Shown one piece after another: positions 37,891-46,968 of a stretch of 51,029 bases of DNA. The notes below the pieces were generated by a model, which searched no databases, had not been told where the DNA came from, and saw nothing but the letters and a program-made list of their open reading frames with translations. The first letter of the stretch is position 1; every line of letters begins with the position of its first letter. The DNA comes from Bdellovibrionales bacterium (lineage in GTDB: Bacteria; Bdellovibrionota; Bdellovibrionia; Bdellovibrionales; Bdellovibrionaceae): contig JANMPT010000002.1 in assembly GCA_031370005.1 (NCBI GenBank), positions 1 to 51,029 on the forward strand, in the 5' to 3' direction. The position numbers and the translations under genes were made by a program.

Positions 37891-38676
37891 TTACCTCATG
37901 TTATTAATAGATTGAAGCATTTGATCAGAAGCTTGGATCACTTTGCTGTTAGTCTCATACGCTCGTTGTGCGGTAATCATATTTACCATCTCATCGACAA
38001 TATTTACGTTGCTGGATTCCAACTGACCTTGGGACAAGTAACCCGTGCCGTTCAATCCTGGGCGCGCTGTTTGTGGCTGCCCACTAGATGGCGTTTGTGT
38101 GAAAATATTTTTTCCCATAGCCTTAAGACCGGCTGGGTTTACGAAGTTTACCACATCAATTTGACCAATAACCTGAGGGGCATCACTCAGACCTTGTATC
38201 ACACGAACTTCACCGCTGGGTGCGACTTCTATTCCGGCAACATTTGCAGGAATAGCTATCTCTGGTTGCAAAAGATTACCGTTTTTATCGACGATACGAC
38301 CATTGGGATCTTTTTTAAATGCGCCATCGCGAGTATAGCCAATTTGACCATCGGGAGTCAGTACTTGAAAAAAACCCGAACCCTCAATCTGAAGATCCAG
38401 AGGATTTTTGGTCACAAGTGCATTCCCAGTGGCAAAGTCTTTTTGGACAGCCGCAGTACGAACGCCCAAACCTGTTTGAACTCCATTCGGAGAATAAGAA
38501 TTCAAGCCCGTTGCAGTCCCTGGCTCTTTTTGTGTTTGATAAACCAAATCTTCGAACTCCGCCCGGGATTTCTTGAAGCCCGCCGTAGAAACGTTGGCGA
38601 TGTTATTGGCGATAACATCCATGTTAGTCTGTTGAGCGGCCATGCCTGTTGCTGCGGTATTAAGACTTTTCAACAT
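37891..38676 (-). CDS. flgG: Distal rod protein FlgG
   Basis: AATGMAAQQ..DVIANNIANVST.GFKK.RAEFEDL; LESSNVNIVDEMVNMITAQRAYE. Confidence 0.97.
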   Translation of the reverse strand: MLKSLNTAATGMAAQQTNMDVIANNIANVSTAGFKKSRAEFEDLVYQTQKEPGTATGLNSYSPNGVQTGLGVRTAAVQKDFATGNALVTKNPLDLQIEGSGFFQVLTPDGQIGYTRDGAFKKDPNGRIVDKNGNLLQPEIAIPANVAGIEVAPSGEVRVIQGLSDAPQVIGQIDVVNFVNPAGLKAMGKNIFTQTPSSGQPQTARPGLNGTGYLSQGQLESSNVNIVDEMVNMITAQRAYETNSKVIQASDQMLQSINNMR

Positions 38677-38699
38677 TATACTACCCCATTATTTTTAGA

Positions 38700-39518
38700 T
38701 TACAGTGAAGTCTTTCCAACAATATTTACTAATTTTTCCGCCATGCTATCGTATGCACCAATCGCTTTTTGTGTACTTTCAAAAACACGATTGGTTTGAA
38801 TCATGTCTGTCATCTCTTGAACGATATTCACATTGCTGGTTTCCACGAAGCCTTGTTTTACACTTGGATTTGCGACATTACCCATGTCTGGAGCCATATT
38901 TTTTTTGAAACCGTAGAGAGAATTTCCCATTTTCTGCAAAGAATCTGGATTTCTCACTTCTACAAGAGACAGCCTACCAAGAAGCTCAGTGCCTTGATAA
39001 ACGTCACCACTATCATTGATGCTGACAGGTCCCTGGCTATCAAAACGAATTGTCCGAGCAGCAGGATCAGATCCAGGATCACCGTTTTTCAAAACTGGAA
39101 ATCCATCCTTCGTCACAAGTTGGCCGTTACCGTCCATCGTGAAGTTTCCAGCACGGGTGAGCTTAACTCCTGTTGGAGTAGCAACTTCAAAAAAACCTTT
39201 ACCATCCACAGCCACGTCCAAAGTATTTCCTGTTGGCTTAAGTCCACCTTGCGAGAAGTCGGTGAAAGTGCCTTTGCTATCAACAAAGCTTTTATCCCCA
39301 CCCTGCATGTCATAAAAACTTTCAATCGATGCAGGAATCCGTGGGACTTGGATTACCTCAGGAGGCTTTTCATTGGCAGTAAGGTATTCATTAAATAACT
39401 GCTGATCACGTTTGAAAGCAGGAGTATTCACGTTAGCCAGGTTATTGGCGATGGTATCGAGTTTCAAACTTTGTGCGAGAGCACCGCTAAGAGCGGTATA
39501 AACACCTTTTGTACTCAT
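38700..39518 (-). CDS. flgF: Proximal rod protein FlgF
   Basis: KGVYTALSG..IANNLANVNT; TRAGNF; ETSNVNIVQEM; RBS GGAGGAG before the ATG at 39518. Confidence 0.92.
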   Translation of the reverse strand: MSTKGVYTALSGALAQSLKLDTIANNLANVNTPAFKRDQQLFNEYLTANEKPPEVIQVPRIPASIESFYDMQGGDKSFVDSKGTFTDFSQGGLKPTGNTLDVAVDGKGFFEVATPTGVKLTRAGNFTMDGNGQLVTKDGFPVLKNGDPGSDPAARTIRFDSQGPVSINDSGDVYQGTELLGRLSLVEVRNPDSLQKMGNSLYGFKKNMAPDMGNVANPSVKQGFVETSNVNIVQEMTDMIQTNRVFESTQKAIGAYDSMAEKLVNIVGKTSL

Positions 39519-39545
39519 TGAAACTCCTCCTCCAAACAGATATAG

Positions 39546-39561
39546 AGCAAGGCCTGTGCCA
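39546..39561 (-). promoter_or_regulatory. sigma54 (-24/-12) promoter for the flgF operon
   Basis: Minus strand reads TGGCACAGGCCTTGCT, an exact match to TGGCAC-N5-TTGC, 27 bp upstream of the flgF ATG. Confidence 0.85.
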
Positions 39562-39636
39562 GCAGAATTTTTCTTGCCGACGGTGATCTTAGGTCCAGGT
39601 TCTGGTCGAGTTTTGTTTTCCATAGCGAATTTGGAC

Positions 39637-39663
39637 TCAAGTTATTTGGATCTGAGCCGAGGA
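39637..39663 (+). promoter_or_regulatory. Possible sigma28 promoter for the lytic transglycosylase
   Basis: TCAAGTTA-N11-GCCGAGGA: correct spacing but imperfect -10 element. Confidence 0.4.
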
Positions 39664-39794
39664 AATCTTTTCCCGGATAAAGGTCGAGATGACGAAAATT
39701 TGTCGCTAACCGAGCTCTCCGTCAAAATCAATGAGGCCTAGTTTTTATTTATAGTGCTCGACGCTACTTCGTAACTAAACCCATAATAAAATTT

Positions 39795-40730
39795 ATGAAA
39801 TGGTGTTTTTTGCTATTGATACTCTCATCTACTCTAAACTCACTCGCTGTCCAAAAGCCTGTGACAAAAATCCTAGTCCCCAGTCTCAAGGAAAAACTTC
39901 AAAGCCTGTCTCAAAAAAACAGTCGCATGGCTGCAAATAATACTCTGATTTTCGATTTGCCGGTAACCTACAATAAAAAAGTAAGCAAGTGGGTGCACTA
40001 CTACCAGAGTCGAGGACAAAAGTGGTTTCGCGAATGGTTGGGACGCTCTTCGAAATACATGCCCTTTATCCAAGCAGAACTTCAGCGGGCCAATTTGCCA
40101 ACCGACCTTGCCTTCATGGTGATGATCGAGAGTGGCTTCTCAGCTTCCGCTGTGAGCTCTGCTGAAGCTGTCGGTCCATGGCAATTTATCGAGCCAACAG
40201 GAAACCGCTATGGCCTACAAAAAAACTGGTGGCTGGATGAGCGCCGGGATCTTAAAAAAAGTACTCTGGCTGCGATTCGTTATTTAAAAGACCTACGTGA
40301 AGAATTTGGCTCTTGGTATTTGGTGGCCGCAAGCTACAACATGGGTGAGTCTGGCCTGCGACGTCAAATTAAGAAGTATCAAACCAAGGATTACTGGGCT
40401 CTGGTTCAAAAGGGTGCCTTGCCTGAGGAAACTCAGGAGTATGTTCCGAAGATCTTAGCGGCTATGTTAATTGCCAAGGCACCTAATTTATATGGTTTCC
40501 GCGATATTGAGAAATTGACCCCACTTGATTATGAGGTTGTCTCTGTCCCTGGGGGAACTGATCTTGATGGCGTTGCTGATCACCTCGGAGTCACGCGAAA
40601 GTCATTAAAAGATTTGAATGCGGAGATTCTTTTGGGATACATTCCCCGCCAGATTGATCGATACTTTATTCGCGTTCCTAAGGGCGCGAGCACGATGGTA
40701 TCTGCTTATACTGGAAAATCTCGGGAGTAA
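39795..40730 (+). CDS. MltD-like lytic transglycosylase
   Basis: Signal peptide; MIESGF (catalytic Glu), AVGPWQFI, DERRD, ASYNMGE, ETQEYVPK. Confidence 0.93.
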   Translation: MKWCFLLLILSSTLNSLAVQKPVTKILVPSLKEKLQSLSQKNSRMAANNTLIFDLPVTYNKKVSKWVHYYQSRGQKWFREWLGRSSKYMPFIQAELQRANLPTDLAFMVMIESGFSASAVSSAEAVGPWQFIEPTGNRYGLQKNWWLDERRDLKKSTLAAIRYLKDLREEFGSWYLVAASYNMGESGLRRQIKKYQTKDYWALVQKGALPEETQEYVPKILAAMLIAKAPNLYGFRDIEKLTPLDYEVVSVPGGTDLDGVADHLGVTRKSLKDLNAEILLGYIPRQIDRYFIRVPKGASTMVSAYTGKSRE

Positions 40731-40738
40731 AATCTCTG

Positions 40739-41944
40739 ATGGCAAGCGCAGCACCGACTAAAATTATAGTTCAAAAGTATGGCGGTGCAACGCTCGCTGA
40801 TCCCGTGAAAATTAAAGCTGTGGCACAAAGAATAGCGGAGCAGGTCCTTTCAGGCACTCAACTTGTTGTTGTTGTCAGCGCCATGGGAAAAACTACAAAT
40901 TCCTTGATCGAGCTAGCCAATCAAATTTCAACGAATCCCCATCAACGAGAAATGGATATGCTTCTTAGCGTCGGGGAGCGCATCAGTATGGCACTGATGA
41001 GTATGGCATTGAATGATCTCGGCTGCCCGGCGATTAGTTTTACCGGAAGCCAAGCCGGAATTCTTACTACGAACTCTCATGTAAATGCTTATATTGTGGA
41101 CGTAAAAGCTTTCCGTGTTCAAGAAGCTTTAGATCAGGGCAAGGTTGTTATTCTTGCTGGTTTCCAAGGAGTTTCTCCGACCACTAAAGAAATTACGACC
41201 CTGGGCCGGGGCGGCTCTGACACCTCGGCAGTGGCAATGTCAGCCTTCTTTCACGCCACTCGCTGTGAAATTTTAAAAGACGTTCCCGCAGTTTTCACAG
41301 CAGATCCCAGCGTGGTAAAAGAAGCTCGACCGCTGCGCAAATTAAATTATGAACAATTAATGGAAATGACTTTTTGGGGAGCAAAGGTACTCCACTATCG
41401 TTCAGTGGAACTTGCTAAGCTTCGTAAAGTTAGTTTGTACATTGGCCCTGCTGCAACTAAAGCCTCAGAAGGCACACTGGTCGAGGAAGGACTTAATATG
41501 TTTGAATCATGTAAAGCTCTATCATTAAATTCACATGAAACAGTCTTGCAAATTAGCTGTGAACAGAGCTCTTCCAGCTTGGCCCTTGATACTCTAAAAA
41601 AGTATTTTGAGAGTAGGCAGATTGCTTTTCCTCAACTTTTAGATCTCGAGCGAAAAGATAATAAAACGCTGCTCTTGATAACAGGTCCTCAAGAAATTAT
41701 GATCGCGATTAAAAACGCGTTGATACTCCATCAGGATTTTTCATTGAATCCCACGGATTTCTCAACAGTGACTTTGACCTGCACTGGCTCTACAGCTCCA
41801 GAGATTCCACAACTGATAATGAAAACCTTAGAGCAAGTCAAAGTTCAGGCCCATAAAATGATGATTCATGCAATGAGTGTAACTGTCCTTATTGAATCAG
41901 AAACAAGAAAAACAACGCTGCAGGTGCTGCATGGGATGATTTAG
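40739..41944 (+). CDS. lysC: Aspartate kinase
   Basis: VQKYGG, VVVVSAMG, AGFQG, TTLGRGGSDTSA, GAKVLH. Confidence 0.93.
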   Translation: MASAAPTKIIVQKYGGATLADPVKIKAVAQRIAEQVLSGTQLVVVVSAMGKTTNSLIELANQISTNPHQREMDMLLSVGERISMALMSMALNDLGCPAISFTGSQAGILTTNSHVNAYIVDVKAFRVQEALDQGKVVILAGFQGVSPTTKEITTLGRGGSDTSAVAMSAFFHATRCEILKDVPAVFTADPSVVKEARPLRKLNYEQLMEMTFWGAKVLHYRSVELAKLRKVSLYIGPAATKASEGTLVEEGLNMFESCKALSLNSHETVLQISCEQSSSSLALDTLKKYFESRQIAFPQLLDLERKDNKTLLLITGPQEIMIAIKNALILHQDFSLNPTDFSTVTLTCTGSTAPEIPQLIMKTLEQVKVQAHKMMIHAMSVTVLIESETRKTTLQVLHGMI

Positions 41945-41949
41945 CGCGA

Positions 41950-43377
41950 CTACGGAATCAGGCTGGCTTTTTCAACTTGAACTTGATATCGATTTTGGAC
42001 CTTCTTCCAAATATCAGAGTGAGGCCCCGTGATCCCATCTGGTCCAGAAATCCCTGCAAGTCCGCGATTTGTCCTCTTAGGATCCAGTCCTCCACCAGGC
42101 AAAAAATCGCGCAAGTTGGGCCCCTTAACTTCAGCTTGGCGAACTATTGGAGGAGCGTAACCACCATTACTATGGCTGTTACCGCCTCCGTTGCCCCATC
42201 CTCCGCTGCCTCCGCCACCACGAAAGCCCGCATTGACTGCAATTCCTTGAGCCATGGCCGCACCAGCTTTACCATCACCATTATTTCCTGAAGCAGCTGA
42301 GCCACCATCCATCAACGGACGACCACCTTTATTGCCACCAGGTTCATCGCTTTGACTTCTATCTGGTTTCAAGTTGGGGTCACCAGCCCAACTAGCATCA
42401 CCCAATAAACTATCTGAGCCTGGTGAGCCCACTCCTGCTTTGCCGCCGCCACCAGAGATGGCGCTTGTGCTCGCTGAATCAAAACTTCCACCAGTATTAG
42501 AGACTTTGGCCATAGCCCCACCAGTGCAATTAGCAGCGGATGGATTGTTTTTACAAATACAAATAGGGTTACTTGCCGCAATGCTAGGATTAGAACAATC
42601 AGCTGCAGCATTCGAACAACCAACCGCAGTAGGGTTGGAAGCACAATAACCTGCAATAGTAGAATCCGTCTGATTAGCGCAGGCTTGAGCGCCTTGAAGC
42701 GTACCAACCGTATTTTGTATCGCCTTAGATGCTTGTTGGATTTTCGCGTCGAAACTTTTACATGTGGTTAGAAGTTCTGTCACATACACTTGTTGTTGCT
42801 CTCTTGGCCCAGGAAGTTCAGAGTAGGTTGCATTGACTTCTGATTGTGCATTTTGGCAACTGGTCATACACGTATTTCTAGCACTCGAACAATTCCCGGC
42901 AAAGTACGCAACGGCCGCATTTGCCCCGGCAACATATTTTGCAATTCCACTGCAGGCTGCTGCGATTCCCATTTGTGAGCCGATACCAACAGCAAAGTTT
43001 GAAAGAGTGGTTTGCGCACTTTGAACTCCGGAGTCCTTCTGTACATCGCAATCAGAACTCGCCGTATCGATATCACGCTTACAAGCTTCAATTGCGGCGA
43101 ACATCACCGTAGTATCTGGTGGTTTAAAATCATTGGAATTCGAAGAAGAAGTAGTACTAGAAGCAGCGGGGGCTGCAGGAAGAGGTGATTGACGACAACC
43201 TGAAGCCACACGCAAATTAAAGTCAATAGATGGGGAACATGGATCAGAGGATGCCCGAGACACGTCTGATAGAAATTCTTTGCTGCCATCAGTCGCCAAC
43301 ACCTGAGCTCCAGCAAATTGAGCAGTGAAAATGAAATTTAGAAACGAAATTATGAAAAAATATTTCAAATATTTCAT
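41950..43377 (-). CDS. Secreted Cys-rich/Gly-rich hypothetical protein
   Basis: Signal peptide MKYLKYFF...AGA; 16 Cys in the N-terminal two-thirds; Gly-rich low-complexity tail. Confidence 0.75.
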   Translation of the reverse strand: MKYLKYFFIISFLNFIFTAQFAGAQVLATDGSKEFLSDVSRASSDPCSPSIDFNLRVASGCRQSPLPAAPAASSTTSSSNSNDFKPPDTTVMFAAIEACKRDIDTASSDCDVQKDSGVQSAQTTLSNFAVGIGSQMGIAAACSGIAKYVAGANAAVAYFAGNCSSARNTCMTSCQNAQSEVNATYSELPGPREQQQVYVTELLTTCKSFDAKIQQASKAIQNTVGTLQGAQACANQTDSTIAGYCASNPTAVGCSNAAADCSNPSIAASNPICICKNNPSAANCTGGAMAKVSNTGGSFDSASTSAISGGGGKAGVGSPGSDSLLGDASWAGDPNLKPDRSQSDEPGGNKGGRPLMDGGSAASGNNGDGKAGAAMAQGIAVNAGFRGGGGSGGWGNGGGNSHSNGGYAPPIVRQAEVKGPNLRDFLPGGGLDPKRTNRGLAGISGPDGITGPHSDIWKKVQNRYQVQVEKASLIP

Positions 43378-43541
43378 GAATATTCCCCTACTTAAGTATC
43401 GGTCCTTTGAAGGAAATATTGAAGGGCAATCCCACTTTGAAACATGAAAATGTGCCAACTAAGAAAGATCTTTTGCAATATCATCTCAAAATGAGGCACA
43501 GCAAGTAACGAAATCAACTGCGCAAGAAAACCTAACCATAC

Positions 43542-43943
43542 TCATGCTTTCAGCCAGTTTTCGATTTTTAGTTGAGGGATACGACCAAAGTGATCCGTGT
43601 CGTTAGTGACCACAATTAATCCGCGTGATAAGGCGTGGGCGGCGATGAGCATGTCCAAGGCCCCAATCATTTGCCCTTTGTCCTTCAAATGCTTTCGGAT
43701 CGCCCCATGATAAGTCGCATCGGTTGATGTAAAGGGCAGGATATTTACCGGGGCGAACATCTTTTGCAGACTAAGCAAGCGCTGCTCCGGTTTTGAACTC
43801 ATCATGATCCATGAATTCAGTTCTGCCCATGTGATTGCCGAGATCGCAATATCCCCAGCATGGATTTTCTCAAATCGTTTTCGCATGAACTGGGGGCTTT
43901 TGATGATGTAACTGCAGGTATCCGTGTCGAGCAAATAAATCAC
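43542..43943 (-). CDS. vapC: PIN-domain toxin VapC
   Basis: YLLDTDTC, ISAITWAEL, IGALDMLIAAHA, VVTNDTDHF..I..L..ENW. Confidence 0.95.
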   Translation of the reverse strand: MIYLLDTDTCSYIIKSPQFMRKRFEKIHAGDIAISAITWAELNSWIMMSSKPEQRLLSLQKMFAPVNILPFTSTDATYHGAIRKHLKDKGQMIGALDMLIAAHALSRGLIVVTNDTDHFGRIPQLKIENWLKA

Positions 43944-44242
43944 TTTTCAAATCTCCGCTTAGCCTGCTCCTGATCGCGCCTCAGGGGACCTAGCTCCGCT
44001 CGTGACAACTCCTCAGCCCCTTCAAAGAATACAGCCCAAGGGTCATTCAGAGAGTACAGAATGACAGCGTTACCCACGCGACCCACCCCAATTTCGGAGC
44101 CCTCAAACCGGTACTCCTTGGGAAGTCGTACGGCTTGGCTCCGGCCATTCTGGAAAAGCTTTGCCTTTGGAAGTTTGGAATCTTTAACTTCAAGATCTAC
44201 ATTGCTTTTATCTTTTCGGACTACGGCTTTTGCTTTTCGCAT
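43940..44242 (-). CDS. vapB: AbrB-type antitoxin VapB
   Basis: AKLFQNGRSQAVRLPKEYRF; 4-nt overlap with vapC. Confidence 0.93.
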   Translation of the reverse strand: MRKAKAVVRKDKSNVDLEVKDSKLPKAKLFQNGRSQAVRLPKEYRFEGSEIGVGRVGNAVILYSLNDPWAVFFEGAEELSRAELGPLRRDQEQAKRRFEK

Positions 44243-44259
44243 AATACTCACCCCTTCAA

Positions 44260-44277
44260 TATATACCGTAGTATATA
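44260..44277. promoter_or_regulatory. Putative vapBC autoregulatory operator
   Basis: Inverted repeat TATATAC-cgta-GTATATA just upstream of the vapB RBS. Confidence 0.7.
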
Positions 44278-44356
44278 CCAAAAAATCAAAAAAAGTAAGG
44301 CCTTTTTAGGGTCACCGCCAGCTTCGGCGAAATGACATGGGCCGTGTATGGCGCAC

Positions 44357-46351
44357 TTATTTTAACATTCTTGATTTCACAATTTTAATTAAAATTTTCT
44401 GAATCGGATTGCGATTCCCAAAGGGAGTATAACCAACCTTAAATTTCATTAAATATGGATCAAAGTAATGATAGTGCGGGACCGCCTTAACTGATCCTCG
44501 ATCCAGTAAAAGCTTGATCGCCTCGACGCCAGCAAAGCCCGCACATAAAAATACAGAGGTGCTAACTGAGGGTGCAGTTTGAGCCTGAGCACTGGCGGAT
44601 TTTGGTTTCATATATTTCACAAAATAAGGCCTTGGGGTAACGCCAACTATGAAACGTATAAAATTCTCGGTATCCGATAGACTTGGATCGAATTGTATAT
44701 ACTGCTCAAACCCCATAGATTCAGGCGTGAATACAATCATGGCCGCTGAAAAGCCCACAGGCCCAACCGAAATTATTGGTATTTTTCTTTTCTTCGCTTC
44801 AGAAAAAATCAAACATCGCGCTTCAATATTATAAGCATCCAGGGAGTCAATCACAAGATCGACGCCACTTAAAAAAGCATCTACATTATTTTTATCAACA
44901 AATTTATTCCACATTTTAAGTCTTAAATCTGGATTGATGTCTTTTCCAATTTCAGCCATTACTTCAGCTTTGTTGCGACCTAAATTCGAAATCGTGGCTC
45001 CATATTGCCGGTTAAAGTTCGCTAAACTAAAAGAGTCTGCATCGGCAATATGAAATCCCCCGATACCAAGACGACATAAGGCTACCAAGTGATGACTTCC
45101 CACTCCGCCCAAGCCCGGCAAAGCGATAGTCATATGTTTCAATTTTTCCTGCTCTTGAGTGCTCAATAACCCAATATTTCGAGCGAATGATTGATTATAC
45201 AAAGATTCCTTCGCTGGTGATTTGATTATTTCGCTGGGAAGATATCTATAATTTTTTGCATTTGATCTTTTCTTAGAGTAGCCCACTCGCAAAAACATAA
45301 CCGGAGAATACTCCTTAGGAGCTTGCAGTGTTCTTTCAATTCTTTCTATTGCCTTTTTTATTTCTGCGATTTCTTTTTCTTTAAGGGATGGGCTTGTGCC
45401 AATGTATAATTCTTTGAAAACAGGGAAATGACCAATCGGTTGAATAGCTAGGCCCTCTTTTTCTGCCGTGATCCAAAGCCTCTGAACGTCCATGCCACTT
45501 TGAATTATCCCATTGGGCGATTGATCACGACTTAAAATTATTGCTAATGCTCCAGAATTAACAATCTGCCTTTGTGTCATGCAAGCTAACAATTTTGCGA
45601 TCCCGAAGTAATTTAGAAACTTAAAAACCGACCAATTGCAGAGCATCTTTAAAAAATGCTTACCACCAAATGGCATCGCTAAAGTTTTGGTATCAATGCC
45701 ATCTCGGGAACCTTGGGCTTTCTTCGATGAAAACCGAAGGTATTTGGTAACTTCGGTATGAAAATTTCGGTTTTCAAGTCTTAGCTGATCAAGGACTCCA
45801 ATCCCTTTAGAAATTTCTTTTATTTCCGCGTCCTTTTCAACAAGCATGAGCATATTGTTACTGCCCATGCAGCCACTAAGAGCCCTCTGTGATTGGGAAG
45901 TTATTTTCTTTCGAAAATAACTCGAACGATCGGTGTGACGAAGTTTTAAATAGGGCATCAGATCATTTTCTTTTTTAAAACTCGTTTCAAAGTTTTTCAC
46001 GATTGCTATAAAATAGACTTCTGCAACCGCAATAGACATTTCCGGGTTAGGCTTCAGATCAATATTCTCAAGTATTTTAATCTTTGTCTGAAAGCCCTCC
46101 GAGAGAGCTGCCAAACGTAAATTTTCCAAACAAGCACCTAAGGAGATTAAATTAAGAGTGTGCTTTGTGTCAGATTTTAATGATCGGCTGGTTATATAGT
46201 TAAGTCGCAAATAGTTTTGCGAAATATCAAATTCCCATGGCTGATTATTTTCTGGAGATGGGGCTTGTGACGCGGCGTAGATAATGTGCTCTAAAACATT
46301 ATGCGGTGGAAGAATAAAATCATTATCACCAATTGTTGCTTGTGTTTCCAT
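44357..46351 (-). CDS. Nitroreductase-like + ThiF/E1-like adenylyltransferase fusion
   Basis: N-terminal APSPENNQPW, RHTDR, GMDVQRLWITAEKEGLAIQP, FLRVGY; C-terminal FARNIG..EQEKL, PGLGGVG, ADADSFSLANFNRQ, VIDSLD. Confidence 0.88.
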   Translation of the reverse strand: METQATIGDNDFILPPHNVLEHIIYAASQAPSPENNQPWEFDISQNYLRLNYITSRSLKSDTKHTLNLISLGACLENLRLAALSEGFQTKIKILENIDLKPNPEMSIAVAEVYFIAIVKNFETSFKKENDLMPYLKLRHTDRSSYFRKKITSQSQRALSGCMGSNNMLMLVEKDAEIKEISKGIGVLDQLRLENRNFHTEVTKYLRFSSKKAQGSRDGIDTKTLAMPFGGKHFLKMLCNWSVFKFLNYFGIAKLLACMTQRQIVNSGALAIILSRDQSPNGIIQSGMDVQRLWITAEKEGLAIQPIGHFPVFKELYIGTSPSLKEKEIAEIKKAIERIERTLQAPKEYSPVMFLRVGYSKKRSNAKNYRYLPSEIIKSPAKESLYNQSFARNIGLLSTQEQEKLKHMTIALPGLGGVGSHHLVALCRLGIGGFHIADADSFSLANFNRQYGATISNLGRNKAEVMAEIGKDINPDLRLKMWNKFVDKNNVDAFLSGVDLVIDSLDAYNIEARCLIFSEAKKRKIPIISVGPVGFSAAMIVFTPESMGFEQYIQFDPSLSDTENFIRFIVGVTPRPYFVKYMKPKSASAQAQTAPSVSTSVFLCAGFAGVEAIKLLLDRGSVKAVPHYHYFDPYLMKFKVGYTPFGNRNPIQKILIKIVKSRMLK

Positions 46352-46472
46352 ATTACCCTCGCGAGTATGCTAAAATAGAAACAAAAACAAACCAAGGCAA
46401 TTCTTCTCAATCGTGGCAACAGTTGATACAGTTGGCCCCTATTCCACAGAAAGTCCACCAAGGAGCTAACAA

Positions 46473-46964
46473 ATGACAGACATAAATCTTTACGCTTTTC
46501 AGGTTAAATCCCCAGCAAATGAAAATATATCCCTCGAAAAATACAAAGGCCAAGTTGTTCTTGTAGTTAATGTGGCCAGTAAATGTGGGTTCACAACTCA
46601 ATACGCAGGGCTCGAAGCCCTCCATGAAAAATACCAAAGCCAGGGTTTTAACATTCTTGGTTTCCCTTGCAATCAATTCGGATCCCAAGAGCCCGGTAAC
46701 GACGAGGAGATTCAAAGCTTTTGCAAGCTCACCTACGGAGTGCATTTTCCGGTGATGAGTAAAATCGACGTCAATGGTGGCAACGCCGATCCTTTATATA
46801 CATGGCTTAAGGCGTCTGCTCCAGGTTTGCTGGGCACCGAGGCAATTAAATGGAATTTCACCAAATTTTTGGTAGGAAAAAATGGCTTAGTCATTAAAAG
46901 ATACGCTCCGAACACAGAGCCAAAAGATATCGCAGCCGACATTGAGCACGCATTAAAACAATAA
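46473..46964 (+). CDS. Glutathione peroxidase family protein
   Basis: VNVASKCGFT, GFPCNQFGSQEPG, KWNFTKFLV. Confidence 0.95.
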   Translation: MTDINLYAFQVKSPANENISLEKYKGQVVLVVNVASKCGFTTQYAGLEALHEKYQSQGFNILGFPCNQFGSQEPGNDEEIQSFCKLTYGVHFPVMSKIDVNGGNADPLYTWLKASAPGLLGTEAIKWNFTKFLVGKNGLVIKRYAPNTEPKDIAADIEHALKQ

Positions 46965-46968
46965 CCCC

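Noticed and set aside
37912..39398. Long + strand ORFs (295 aa and 209 aa) antisense to flgG/flgF
   Set aside because: Shadow frames of conserved genes with no recognisable motifs.
43442..43457. TGGCAC on the minus strand upstream of the Cys-rich gene, considered as a sigma54 promoter
   Set aside because: The -12 element reads CATG rather than TTGC.
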